DNA of 64,000 nucleotides from Escherichia coli O157:H7 (GTDB lineage Bacteria; Pseudomonadota; Gammaproteobacteria; Enterobacterales; Enterobacteriaceae): NCBI RefSeq assembly GCF_013167455.1, contig NZ_CP038328.1; one strand, 5' to 3'. Shown piece by piece: positions 54,936 to 64,000 of this stretch (position 1 is its first letter; each line of letters starts with the position of its first letter). The notes under the pieces were generated by a model. It saw only the letters and a program-made list of their open reading frames with translations, ran no database searches and was not told where the DNA came from. The position numbers and the translations under genes were made by a program.

Positions 54936-56153
54936 ATGCCCGAACCCGTAGCCGAACCCGCGCTAAACGGATTGCGCCTGAATTTGCGCATTCTCTCCAT
55001 TGTCATGTTTAACTTCGCCAGCTACCTCACCATCGGGTTGCCGCTCGCTGTATTACCGGGCTATGTCCATGATGTGATGGGCTTTAGCGCTTTCTGGGCA
55101 GGATTGGTTATCAGCCTGCAATATTTCGCCACCTTGCTGAGCCGTCCTCATGCCGGACGTTACGCCGATTTGCTGGGCCCCAAAAAGATTGTCGTCTTCG
55201 GTTTATGCGGCTGCTTTTTGAGCGGTCTGGGATATCTGACGGCAGGATTAACCGCCAGTCTGCCCGTCATCAGCCTGTTATTACTTTGCCTGGGACGCGT
55301 CATCCTTGGGATTGGGCAAAGTTTTGCCGGAACGGGATCGACCCTGTGGGGTGTTGGCGTGGTTGGCTCGCTGCATATCGGGCGGGTGATTTCGTGGAAC
55401 GGCATTGTCACTTACGGGGCGATGGCGATGGGTGCGCCGTTAGGCGTCGTGTTTTATCACTGGGGCGGCTTGCAGGCGTTAGCGTTAATTATTATGGGCG
55501 TGGCGCTGGTGGCCATTTTGTTGGCGATCCCGCGTCCGACGGTAAAAGCCAGTAAAGGCAAACCGCTGCCGTTTCGCGCGGTGCTTGGGCGCGTCTGGCT
55601 GTACGGTATGGCGCTGGCACTGGCTTCCGCCGGATTTGGCGTCATCGCCACCTTTATCACGCTGTTTTATGACGTTAAAGGTTGGGGCGGTGCGGCTTTC
55701 GCGCTGACGCTGTTTAGCTGTGCGTTTGTCGGTACGCGTTTGTTATTCCCTAACGGCATTAACCGTATCGGCGGCTTAAACGTAGCGATGATTTGCTTTA
55801 GCGTTGAGATAATCGGCCTGCTACTGGTTGGCGTGGCGACTATGCCGTGGATGGCGAAAATCGGCGTCTTACTGGCGGGGGCCGGGTTTTCGCTGGTGTT
55901 CCCGGCATTGGGTGTAGTGGCGGTAAAAGCGGTTCCGCAGCAAAATCAGGGGGCGGCGCTGGCAACCTACACCGTATTTATGGATTTATCGCTTGGCGTG
56001 ACCGGACCACTGGCTGGGCTGGTGATGAGTTGGGCGGGCGTACCGGTGATTTATCTGGCGGCGGCGGGACTGGTCGCAATCGCGTTATTACTGACGTGGC
56101 GATTAAAAAAACGGCCTCCGGAACACGTCCCTGAGGCCGCCTCATCATCTTAA
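54936..56153 (+). CDS. yhhS: MFS transporter
   Basis: ORF frame 54894..56153; start at Met 54936 (MPEPVAEPALNGLR...), giving 405 aa; 12-TM MFS. Confidence 0.85.
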   Translation: MPEPVAEPALNGLRLNLRILSIVMFNFASYLTIGLPLAVLPGYVHDVMGFSAFWAGLVISLQYFATLLSRPHAGRYADLLGPKKIVVFGLCGCFLSGLGYLTAGLTASLPVISLLLLCLGRVILGIGQSFAGTGSTLWGVGVVGSLHIGRVISWNGIVTYGAMAMGAPLGVVFYHWGGLQALALIIMGVALVAILLAIPRPTVKASKGKPLPFRAVLGRVWLYGMALALASAGFGVIATFITLFYDVKGWGGAAFALTLFSCAFVGTRLLFPNGINRIGGLNVAMICFSVEIIGLLLVGVATMPWMAKIGVLLAGAGFSLVFPALGVVAVKAVPQQNQGAALATYTVFMDLSLGVTGPLAGLVMSWAGVPVIYLAAAGLVAIALLLTWRLKKRPPEHVPEAASSS

Positions 56154-56156
56154 AAC

Positions 56157-56714
56157 TTACTGAATAACCAGCGTATTAATGATGTTTTCTGCGGTGGTCT
56201 GCGCTTTTTGCTGATCGTCAGCTGGCAGAGTAATTTGCATGGTCAGCAGTTGATTACCCACGTTACCCAGAATAACGGAAGAGTACGCCGTCTGGCCTTT
56301 CGCGGAGATAATACTGTCTAACTGCTGCATTTTGTGACCTTTCAGCTCAATGGCTTTATTGGTGACCACTTGCAGCTGTGGATCGCGGCTACGTTGCTGA
56401 TCTTCCAGACGCTTCGCCAGCACCGCCAGATCTTCTTTCGGATCATCGCCCATGATGACGATGACTGCTTTCTGCCCGGTGGCGTCGGACCAGACATGCA
56501 TGTTATTGGCCTGCGTTCCCAGCTTACCGCTCTGGTCGGTCATATCCGCTGGCAGCGAGAAACTTAACTTGCCATCAAGCAGGTTGACGGGATTCCCGGT
56601 AGCGTTACTTTCCGCGACCGAACCCTGCGCCGTAGCGTTAGTGTCTTTATCATCACAGGCCGCAAGCCCCATAACCAGCAGGCCAATTCCGACATATTTA
56701 ACCAGATTGCGCAT
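56157..56714 (-). CDS. dcrB: Periplasmic lipoprotein DcrB
   Basis: ORF frame 56157..56768; start at Met 56714 ([22 protein letters not shown]), giving 185 aa; lipobox LAAC. Confidence 0.85.
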
Positions 56715-56786
56715 TGACTTCTTCCTTTCGATAAACGGCCATAACGGCTCATTCATCCATCTTATCACAACTCTGATAACGAACCT

Positions 56787-57452
56787 TTAACTCGCCTGCA
56801 AAGCGTTGATTTCGGATTTATCTGCCAGTCTTTTCAACAGCATATTGAGTAATACGCCATACATTGGCAGGAAGAAAACGATACTGATTAACACTTTGAA
56901 ACAGTAATCGACCAGCGCGATTTCCATCCAGTGTTCAGCCATAAAGGCATCCGGGCTACGCCAGAAGGCAATGAAGAAAAAGGCCAGCGTGTCGCTGACG
57001 TTACCGAACAGTGTGGACGCTGTCGGTGCCAGCCACCAGCGGCGACTCTGACGCAGGCGGTTAAAAACGTGCACGTCGAGGATCTGTCCCAGCGCGTAGG
57101 CCATGAAACTGGCGGTGGCGATACGGGCGACAAACAGGTTGAAGTGGGAGAGTGCGCCGAATCCCTGCCATGAACCCATATAGAATAGCGACGAGATGAC
57201 GTAGGAGATCAGCAATGCCGGGATCATCACCGCAAAGATGATACGACGGGCCAGCGGTGCGCCAAAAATACGTACGGTCAGGTCGGTAGCGAGAAAGATA
57301 AACGGAAAGCTAAACGCGCCCCAGGTGGTATGGAAACCAAAAATGGAGACGGGAAGCTGAACCAGATAGTTACTGGAGGTGATCACCAGCAGATGAAATA
57401 ACGATAACCAGAACAACGCCTTATAGCGTTGAGTTTGCGAGAAAACGTTCAT
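56787..57452 (-). CDS. yhhQ: Queuosine-precursor transporter (YhhQ family)
   Basis: 221 aa; 6-TM membrane protein. Confidence 0.85.
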   Translation of the reverse strand: MNVFSQTQRYKALFWLSLFHLLVITSSNYLVQLPVSIFGFHTTWGAFSFPFIFLATDLTVRIFGAPLARRIIFAVMIPALLISYVISSLFYMGSWQGFGALSHFNLFVARIATASFMAYALGQILDVHVFNRLRQSRRWWLAPTASTLFGNVSDTLAFFFIAFWRSPDAFMAEHWMEIALVDYCFKVLISIVFFLPMYGVLLNMLLKRLADKSEINALQAS

Positions 57453-57672
57453 ATTGTACCTTTTTGATTAACCATTGGGGTGAGGGAACCCAATACGTAC
57501 GACACGTCTGTTACCTTAACATAATAACGTGCTTACCCTTTTTTCGAGCCGCCGCATGATACTGCTTTACGTTGACAATGCAATGGTTAATTTTCACGCA
57601 ATCGTTAACCTGGTTTGCTTACGGACTCACAGGGCGTAAACTAGCGCCGTTTTTTTATGTGATGAGAAGAAA

Positions 57673-57918
57673 ATGACCGATCTCTTTTCCAGCCCTGACC
57701 ACACACTCGACGCACTTGGCCTGCGCTGCCCGGAACCAGTCATGATGGTGCGCAAAACAGTGCGCAATATGCAGCCAGGTGAAACATTGCTGATTATTGC
57801 TGACGATCCGGCGACGACCCGCGATATCCCTGGGTTTTGTACCTTTATGGAACACGAACTGGTTGCCAAAGAGACGGATGGACTGCCTTATCGTTATTTG
57901 ATTCGTAAAGGCGGTTGA
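57673..57918 (+). CDS. tusA: Sulfur-carrier protein TusA
   Basis: 81 aa; conserved [11 protein letters not shown] motif with the active Cys. Confidence 0.95.
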
Positions 57919-57943
57919 CGGGGGCAGATTGGCTTCGATGCCG

Positions 57944-58016
57944 CCTTTTCCCCTCACCCTAACCCTCTCCCCAGAGGAGCGAGGGGACCGATCGCGCTCA
58001 ATGTTGCGATCGGTTT
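57944..58016. repeat. GC-rich intergenic repeat (boxC-like) followed by a hairpin, between convergent tusA and zntA
   Basis: ccttttcccctcaccctaaccctctccccagaggagcgaggggac, then palindrome ccgatcgcgc-tcaatgtt-gcgatcgg. Confidence 0.4.
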
Positions 58017-58019
58017 GCC

Positions 58020-60218
58020 TTATCTCCTGCGCAACAATCTTAACGCATTCGCTGTCACCAGCACCGTCGCACCCGTATCTGCCAGCACTGCCAGCCATAG
58101 TCCGGTCATCCCTAACAGCGTGGTGACGAGGAAGATCCCTTTCAGCCCCAGCGCAATAGTGATGTTCTGGCGGATATTGGCGTGAGTGGCGCGTGCCAGT
58201 TCAATCATTTGCACCAGACCGCGCAGGTGGTTATGGGTTAATGCTGCGTCGGCGGTTTCCAGCGCCACGTCTGTGCCGCTGCCCATTGCAATCCCGATGG
58301 CGGCAGCTTTCATCGCTGGCGCGTCGTTAATACCGTCACCGACCATCGCCAGCGGCGCATGTTGATTCAGCTCGGTCACCGCTTTGACTTTATCTTCCGG
58401 CAACAGGCCCGCTTTAAACTCCAGCCCCAGCTCCCCGGCAATTGCCGCCGCTGCGCGTGGATTATCGCCGGTGAGGATCACCCCTTTGACGCCCAGCGCG
58501 TTCAGTTCACTGATGGCAGTTGCAGCATCGGCGCGCAGGGTATCCTGCAATGCAATGATACCCAGCACGTCATCATTACGTACTACCAGCACAACCGTTT
58601 GCCCGGCGCTTTCCAGTTCATTAATCAAACCAGCAAATGCATCAGCGGGATGTTTCCCGGCAGCGCATATCAACACGCGCTCACCGTTAACCTGCGCTTC
58701 AATGCCAGACCCGACCAGCGCCCGCTGTGATTCGGCGGCGGGAATGGCGAGTGCAGCAACCTGTGCTTCGCGCACGATGGCCTGCGCCAGTGGATGCGTC
58801 GCGCCTTGCTCGACCGCCGCCGCCAGTGTCAGCAGTTCAGATTCACTAATACCCGTTGCCGGATGAATCGCGGTAACGCGCGGTTTACCGACGGTCAGCG
58901 TACCGGTTTTATCAAACGCCACCTGGGTAACACGACCCAGCTGTTCCAGCGCCGCTCCGCCTTTAATCAACGCCCCACGACGCGCTGCCGCCGCCAGCCC
59001 GGAGGTAATCGCCGCAGGCGTTGAGATAACTAACGCACACGGGCAGCCAATCAGCAGCAGCGTCAGCCCTTTATAAATCCACTCCTGCCAGCTGGTGGCA
59101 AACAGCAGCGGTGGCACCAGCGTCACCAGCAGAGCGACGGCCATAATCGCGGGCGTGTAAATACGGCTGAAACGGTCGATAAACCGCTCAATGGGTGCGC
59201 GACGCTCTTCGGCTTCTTCGATCAGTTTCAGAATCCGGTCAATGGCGCTGGCACCCGGTTCTGACAGCACTTCCAGCGTTACCAGACGGTCTACGCTGGT
59301 GGCTCCTGCAGGAACTTTATCGCCCGTTGCGCGCTCCACCGGAATAGATTCGCCGGTCAGGGCGCTTTCATCAAAACTGGCAAACGGTGAGAGCAGTTTA
59401 CCGTCGGCAGGCAAACGTCCACCTGCGGCGACTTCAATCACATCGCCAGGGCGCAGGCTGTTAATCGCCACCTCTTCCCGCTCACCGTTACGCAGGCGCG
59501 TGGCGGTTTCTGGTTTCAGCGCCATTAACGCGCTGACCTCTTGACGCGCGCGGCTGGCGGCCCAGCCTTCCAGTCGTTCACCAATCAAAAACAGCAGCAA
59601 CACCATCGCAGCTTCAGCCGTTGCGCCAATAAACAGTGCACCAATAGCGGCTACGCTCATTAAGGTTTCAATGGCGAAGTAGCTGCCGGATTTGATCAGC
59701 CGTAATGCCTGACGAGCAATCGGGTACAGCCCAACCAGCGTGGTCGCGATAAACGCCAGTTGCCCGAACGGATGATTAAATTGCTCCAAACCCCAGCTGA
59801 TTGCCATCATCACGATAAGCGTAATCAGCGGCAGATTCTCTTTCAGGCGCGATGCTTGTGGCTCGTCGGCGGCCTGCTCATCGCGCAGGGAATAGCCCGC
59901 TTTTTGCACCGCAGATTCAACTTGTGCACGGATGTCATTGTCGGCATCAACCACCAGTTTTTCGGTGGCGAACAACACCTGTACCTGATTCACGCCTGCA
60001 AGCTGGCGCACGGCATTTTCTACCTTGCGCGCACAGGCGGCGCAGTCCATGCCGCTGACTTTCCAGCTATAGCGGGTGCCGGAGACGTTTTCAGAGAGAG
60101 TTGGCGTGCTGGAACATGCGCCGTCGCAGCAACAGTCGTTGGCGTTCTGTACCGTGGTTAGCGGTTTGAACGCAGCAAATTGAGGGGCTTTCTTGCCGTG
60201 ATTGTCAGGAGTCGACAT
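58020..60218 (-). CDS. zntA: Zn(II)/Cd(II)/Pb(II)-translocating P1B-type ATPase
   Basis: 732 aa; N-terminal GMDCAAC metal-binding domain, CPC transmembrane motif, DKTGTLT phosphorylation site, GDGINDAP. Confidence 0.95.
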   Translation of the reverse strand: MSTPDNHGKKAPQFAAFKPLTTVQNANDCCCDGACSSTPTLSENVSGTRYSWKVSGMDCAACARKVENAVRQLAGVNQVQVLFATEKLVVDADNDIRAQVESAVQKAGYSLRDEQAADEPQASRLKENLPLITLIVMMAISWGLEQFNHPFGQLAFIATTLVGLYPIARQALRLIKSGSYFAIETLMSVAAIGALFIGATAEAAMVLLLFLIGERLEGWAASRARQEVSALMALKPETATRLRNGEREEVAINSLRPGDVIEVAAGGRLPADGKLLSPFASFDESALTGESIPVERATGDKVPAGATSVDRLVTLEVLSEPGASAIDRILKLIEEAEERRAPIERFIDRFSRIYTPAIMAVALLVTLVPPLLFATSWQEWIYKGLTLLLIGCPCALVISTPAAITSGLAAAARRGALIKGGAALEQLGRVTQVAFDKTGTLTVGKPRVTAIHPATGISESELLTLAAAVEQGATHPLAQAIVREAQVAALAIPAAESQRALVGSGIEAQVNGERVLICAAGKHPADAFAGLINELESAGQTVVLVVRNDDVLGIIALQDTLRADAATAISELNALGVKGVILTGDNPRAAAAIAGELGLEFKAGLLPEDKVKAVTELNQHAPLAMVGDGINDAPAMKAAAIGIAMGSGTDVALETADAALTHNHLRGLVQMIELARATHANIRQNITIALGLKGIFLVTTLLGMTGLWLAVLADTGATVLVTANALRLLRRR

Positions 60219-60260
60219 GGCATCCTCCGGTTAAGTTTTTTCTCATTAACCGAAGGATAC

Positions 60261-60282
60261 ACTCTGGAGTCGACTCCAGAGT
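60261..60282 (-). promoter_or_regulatory. ZntR (MerR-family) operator inside the zntA promoter
   Basis: Perfect 22-bp palindrome actctggagtcgactccagagt, flanked on the minus strand by TTGACT upstream and a -10-like gtatcc downstream with a long spacer typical of MerR-type promoters. Confidence 0.8.
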
Positions 60283-60291
60283 CAAGTTTTA

Positions 60292-60918
60292 TCAGAGATA
60301 CAGCGAGCGGACGATGAGGAAGTGACCGGCAAAGTAGCAGGCCGCAGCAATCGCGTTGTCCGCACGGAAGCGTCGGCGATAGTGACTACCCAGCCAGACA
60401 AAGTTACTGATAAACAGCAACGAAGCGCCGACAAACGCAGAGAGTGCCGGAGCGGTCGGACGGAAGAACCACAGTTCACCTGCCAGCCACACCATCACCA
60501 GCGTCATGCCGATAAACGTGCAGATAGGCCAACGATACTCTTCCAGCCGCGTCCAGATAATCGCCAGTAACAGCGCACCCAGAACCAGCAACACCAGTGG
60601 CAGAGGCCAGAAGAAAGAGAGCGTCATCTGACTGGCGAAATAGATGGTGTACAGCAGGTGCGAGAGGAAAAACGCGCCGATGGCGTACATCAGACGTTGA
60701 CGTGGCAACAGGGTTAGCGCATCGCCCAGCAGTGAGGCGCACAGCCCTGCCAGCACCAGATAGCTAATGGCGTCGAACATCGGCGCTTGCCAGGCCAGTA
60801 ACAGCAGGAGAAGAAGGGTTAACGGTTTAAACACCCAGCGTTGCCAGGTTGGCCCACGATACGATGCATCCACAGATAGCCATGCGGAAAGACAGACAGC
60901 GATAAACGACCAAAGCAT
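60292..60918 (-). CDS. yhhN: YhhN-family integral membrane protein
   Basis: 208 aa; multi-TM. Confidence 0.85.
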
Positions 60919-61058
60919 CTTAGTTCCTTGAATTCGTTATTTTTTCGTAAGCGGAATGCCTACGGTCTTGCTTCCAGTTTAGTGGCGAGGGTGGACGGAT
61001 GACAACACCATAACTGGCAGGGTATGCTTATTTCCGCATTTTCCGATGAGGGATAAAG

Positions 61059-61418
61059 ATGAGCAAACCACCTCTTTTCTTTATTGTTATCATTGGCTTA
61101 ATCATCGTCGCCGCATCGTTTCGTTTTATGCAACAGCGACGGGAAAAAGCTGATAATGATATGGCACCACTCCAGCAAAAGCTGGTGTTGGTGAGCAACA
61201 AGCGGGAAAAACCGATTAACGATCGCCGTTCGCGCCAGCAGGAAGTGACTCCGGCAGGCACCAGTATGCGCTATGAGGCAAGCTTCAAACCGCAAAGCGG
61301 AGGAATGGAGCAGACGTTTCGCCTCGACGCCCAGCAGTACCACGCCCTGACAGTGGGCGATAAAGGTACGCTGAGCTATAAAGGAACGCGCTTTGTTAGC
61401 TTTGTTGGCGAACAATAA
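61059..61418 (+). CDS. yhhM: DUF2500-family protein YhhM
   Basis: 119 aa; N-terminal TM helix. Confidence 0.8.
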   Translation: MSKPPLFFIVIIGLIIVAASFRFMQQRREKADNDMAPLQQKLVLVSNKREKPINDRRSRQQEVTPAGTSMRYEASFKPQSGGMEQTFRLDAQQYHALTVGDKGTLSYKGTRFVSFVGEQ

Positions 61419-61420
61419 GG

Positions 61421-61690
61421 TTATTTTTTAACTTTAAATTTCTTCTGCCAGACCAGCAGTTCAAACACGCCGAAAAGGAAAATCCGCACCTTTTCGGCGG
61501 TGGTCATCTGCGGGCCATCTTTCGGTAAAGTGGATTTCAATAGCGCCAGTTGCATACCATGCATCAGCACGGTAAAAATCAGCGCCACGTTAACGAAAAT
61601 ATTCAGCGGGCGCGGGAAGGGATGCACCAGGTTGAGGATTAAAAATCCCCAAACACAGAGCATTAACAAACGACCAATATTAATCAGCAT
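61421..61690 (-). CDS. yhhL: DUF1145-family small membrane protein YhhL
   Basis: ORF frame 61421..61813; start at internal Met 61690 (MLINIGRLLMLCVWG...), giving 89 aa; overlaps the rsmD 3' end. Confidence 0.75.
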   Translation of the reverse strand: MLINIGRLLMLCVWGFLILNLVHPFPRPLNIFVNVALIFTVLMHGMQLALLKSTLPKDGPQMTTAEKVRIFLFGVFELLVWQKKFKVKK

Positions 61691-62276
61691 CACTTTCTCC
61701 TTGTGCTTCGCGTTGATACAGCCGATAAGCCACCTGACCCGCCACTTTTTCCCGATGTAACGACCAGTTTGCCGGAACGGTGGGCAGACCGTTTTCGACT
61801 TCGCTTTCGACATAAATCAGGGTTTCGTCAGCCAGCCAGCCGTTATCTTCCAGTAAATTTATCGTCTCTTCTAACAAACCACGGCGGAACGGTGGATCGA
61901 CAAACACGATATTATGCGGTGTGCCTTTTTGCGCCAGGAATGACATTGCGTTGCTGTTCACCACGCGTGCATTGCCTGCTTTTAGTGTCGCCAGATTCTT
62001 AATTAACTGCTGAGAAACTGCACGATCCATCTCAATTAACGTGGCCCCCGCAGCGTAGCGCGATAACGCTTCCAGCCCCAGCGCGCCGCTCCCGGCGAAG
62101 CAATCCAGACATTGGGCGTCAACAATGACCGGAGCCAGCCAGTTAAACAACGTTTCGCGTACGCGGTCGGTGGTGGGGCGCAGACCTGGGCTATCAGGAA
62201 CCGGGAGTTTACGGCCTCGCCACTGCCCGCCAATAATGCGGATTTGGCCGCTGCCGGAATGATTCGGTTTTTTCAT
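61680..62276 (-). CDS. rsmD: 16S rRNA m2G966 methyltransferase
   Basis: 198 aa; SAM motif LDCFAGSGALGLEALSR, DPPF catalytic motif. Confidence 0.9.
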   Translation of the reverse strand: MKKPNHSGSGQIRIIGGQWRGRKLPVPDSPGLRPTTDRVRETLFNWLAPVIVDAQCLDCFAGSGALGLEALSRYAAGATLIEMDRAVSQQLIKNLATLKAGNARVVNSNAMSFLAQKGTPHNIVFVDPPFRRGLLEETINLLEDNGWLADETLIYVESEVENGLPTVPANWSLHREKVAGQVAYRLYQREAQGESDAD

Positions 62277-62425
62277 GATAAATTGCTCAATCCGCCAGAT
62301 AACACATACTTGCAGGCGGTGATGTGAATTAAGTTAAGTGATAGACTATTTCATCATTTTTTTAGCTGCTATGTACATAGCGTTAACGCTGTGCCATGAA
62401 GCAACAGCGAGGAGTGTAGTCGCAA

Positions 62426-63922
62426 ATGGCGAAAGAAAAAAAACGTGGCTTTTTTTCCTGGCTGGGCTTTGGTCAAAAAGAGCAGACCCCGGAAAAAGAG
62501 ACAGAAGTTCAGAATGAACAAACGGTTGTAGAAGAAATCGTTCAGGCGCAAGAGCCTGTGAAGGCTTCTGAACAAGCCGTCGAAGAGCAGCCGCAGGCGC
62601 ATACTGAGGCCGAGGCGGAAACTTTTGCTGCCGACGTTGTGGAAGTCACTGAACAGGTTGCTGAAAATGAAAAAGCGCAGCCTGAAGCGGAAGTCGTTGC
62701 ACAACCGGAACCGGTCGTAGAAGAAACGCCGGAGCCAGTGGCTATCGAACGTGAAGAGCTGCCGTTGCCGGAAGACGTCAACGCCGAAGAGGTTTCGCCA
62801 GAAGAGTGGCAGGCTGAAGCGGAAACCGTAGAGATTGTCGAAGCGGCGGAAGAAGAAGCGGCTAAAGAAGAAATCACCGACGAAGAGCTGGAAGCACAGG
62901 CGCTGGCTGCCGAAGCAGCAGAAGAGGCGGTGATGGTGGTTCCTCCGGCAGAAGAAGAGCAGCCGGTGGAAGAAATCGCTCAGGAGCAGGAAAAACCGAC
63001 CAAAGAAGGTTTTTTCGCGCGCCTGAAACGCAGCCTGTTAAAAACCAAAGAAAATCTCGGTTCCGGATTTATCAGCCTGTTCCGCGGTAAAAAAATCGAC
63101 GATGATCTGTTTGAGGAGCTGGAAGAGCAGCTTTTGATCGCCGATGTGGGCGTGGAAACCACACGTAAAATTATCACCAATCTGACGGAAGGCGCATCCC
63201 GCAAGCAGCTTCGTGATGCCGAGGCGCTCTATGGCCTGCTGAAAGAAGAGATGGGTGAGATTCTGGCGAAAGTCGATGAGCCGCTGAATGTTGAAGGTAA
63301 AACGCCGTTCGTGATCCTGATGGTGGGCGTCAACGGTGTGGGTAAAACCACGACGATTGGTAAGCTGGCACGTCAGTTTGAGCAGCAGGGTAAATCGGTG
63401 ATGCTGGCGGCGGGCGATACTTTCCGTGCAGCAGCGGTTGAACAGCTTCAGGTCTGGGGGCAGCGCAACAATATTCCGGTGATTGCCCAGCATACCGGGG
63501 CGGATTCCGCCTCTGTTATCTTCGACGCCATTCAGGCGGCTAAAGCGCGTAATATCGACGTCCTGATTGCCGATACCGCCGGACGCCTGCAGAACAAATC
63601 GCACCTGATGGAAGAGTTGAAGAAAATCGTCCGCGTGATGAAGAAACTCGACGTTGAAGCGCCGCATGAAGTTATGCTGACTATCGATGCCAGCACCGGG
63701 CAGAACGCGGTAAGCCAGGCCAAACTGTTCCATGAAGCCGTTGGCTTAACCGGCATCACGCTAACGAAACTGGACGGCACGGCGAAAGGCGGGGTAATTT
63801 TCTCGGTGGCTGACCAGTTTGGTATCCCTATCCGCTACATTGGTGTCGGCGAACGTATTGAGGATTTGCGTCCGTTTAAGGCGGACGACTTTATAGAGGC
63901 ACTTTTTGCCCGAGAGGATTAA
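62426..63922 (+). CDS. ftsY: Signal-recognition-particle receptor FtsY
   Basis: 498 aa; acidic Glu/Ala-rich N-terminal A domain, then NG domain with GVNGVGKTTT, DTAGR, TKLDGTAKGG. Confidence 0.95.
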   Translation: MAKEKKRGFFSWLGFGQKEQTPEKETEVQNEQTVVEEIVQAQEPVKASEQAVEEQPQAHTEAEAETFAADVVEVTEQVAENEKAQPEAEVVAQPEPVVEETPEPVAIEREELPLPEDVNAEEVSPEEWQAEAETVEIVEAAEEEAAKEEITDEELEAQALAAEAAEEAVMVVPPAEEEQPVEEIAQEQEKPTKEGFFARLKRSLLKTKENLGSGFISLFRGKKIDDDLFEELEEQLLIADVGVETTRKIITNLTEGASRKQLRDAEALYGLLKEEMGEILAKVDEPLNVEGKTPFVILMVGVNGVGKTTTIGKLARQFEQQGKSVMLAAGDTFRAAAVEQLQVWGQRNNIPVIAQHTGADSASVIFDAIQAAKARNIDVLIADTAGRLQNKSHLMEELKKIVRVMKKLDVEAPHEVMLTIDASTGQNAVSQAKLFHEAVGLTGITLTKLDGTAKGGVIFSVADQFGIPIRYIGVGERIEDLRPFKADDFIEALFARED

Positions 63923-63925
63923 CAA

Positions 63926-64000
63926 TGATTCGCTTTGAACATGTCAGCAAGGCTTATCTCGGTGGGAGACAGGCGCTGCAGGGCGTTACGTTCCATATGC
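63926..64000 (+). CDS. ftsE: Cell-division ABC ATPase FtsE, first 25 codons (runs off the window)
   Basis: ATG at 63926, MIRFEHVSKAYLGGRQALQGVTFHM, directly after ftsY. Confidence 0.85.

Noticed and set aside
57929-58126. 65-aa plus-strand ORF between tusA and zntA
   Set aside because: Overlaps the GC-rich intergenic repeat and the 3' end of zntA on the opposite strand; Pro/Ser/Leu-rich, no start context.
62500-62990. Highly acidic Glu/Ala/Val-rich low-complexity stretch considered as a possible repeat or foreign insert
   Set aside because: It is the native acidic A domain of FtsY, in frame and continuous with the conserved NG domain.

Overview
This window reads as an Escherichia coli-type chromosomal segment, in reverse orientation to the K-12 map, running from arsCBR-gor through prlC, dtpB, uspAB, pitA, yhiN/M/L/J, yhiI-rbbA-yhhJ, the nik operon and acpT to yhhTS-dcrB-yhhQ-tusA-zntA-yhhNML-rsmD-ftsY and the start of ftsE. 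All assignments come from reading the translated ORFs and the sequence by eye against remembered protein families; no database search was run. Two accessory blocks interrupt the conserved backbone. Between yhhJ and nikR (where K-12, from memory, carries rhsB) there is a HicA/HicB-like toxin-antitoxin pair plus a seven-gene PTS operon of unknown substrate. Between acpT and yhhT there is an 18-gene, about 15 kb, type II PKS/FAS-like cluster that matches the described aryl-polyene (APE) / O-island-138 family. The arsR-gor spacer carries the dinQ type I toxin with a LexA box and two repeated antisense sRNA genes (agrA/agrB-like). The most open question is an AT-rich block holding two large tandem paralogs (yhiL/yhiJ-like) that carry a degenerate metallophosphoesterase motif set. 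I found no rRNA, tRNA, CRISPR array, transposase or integrase. I cannot point to a clearly undescribed system; the candidates worth follow-up are the yhiL/yhiJ paralogs and the PTS operon.
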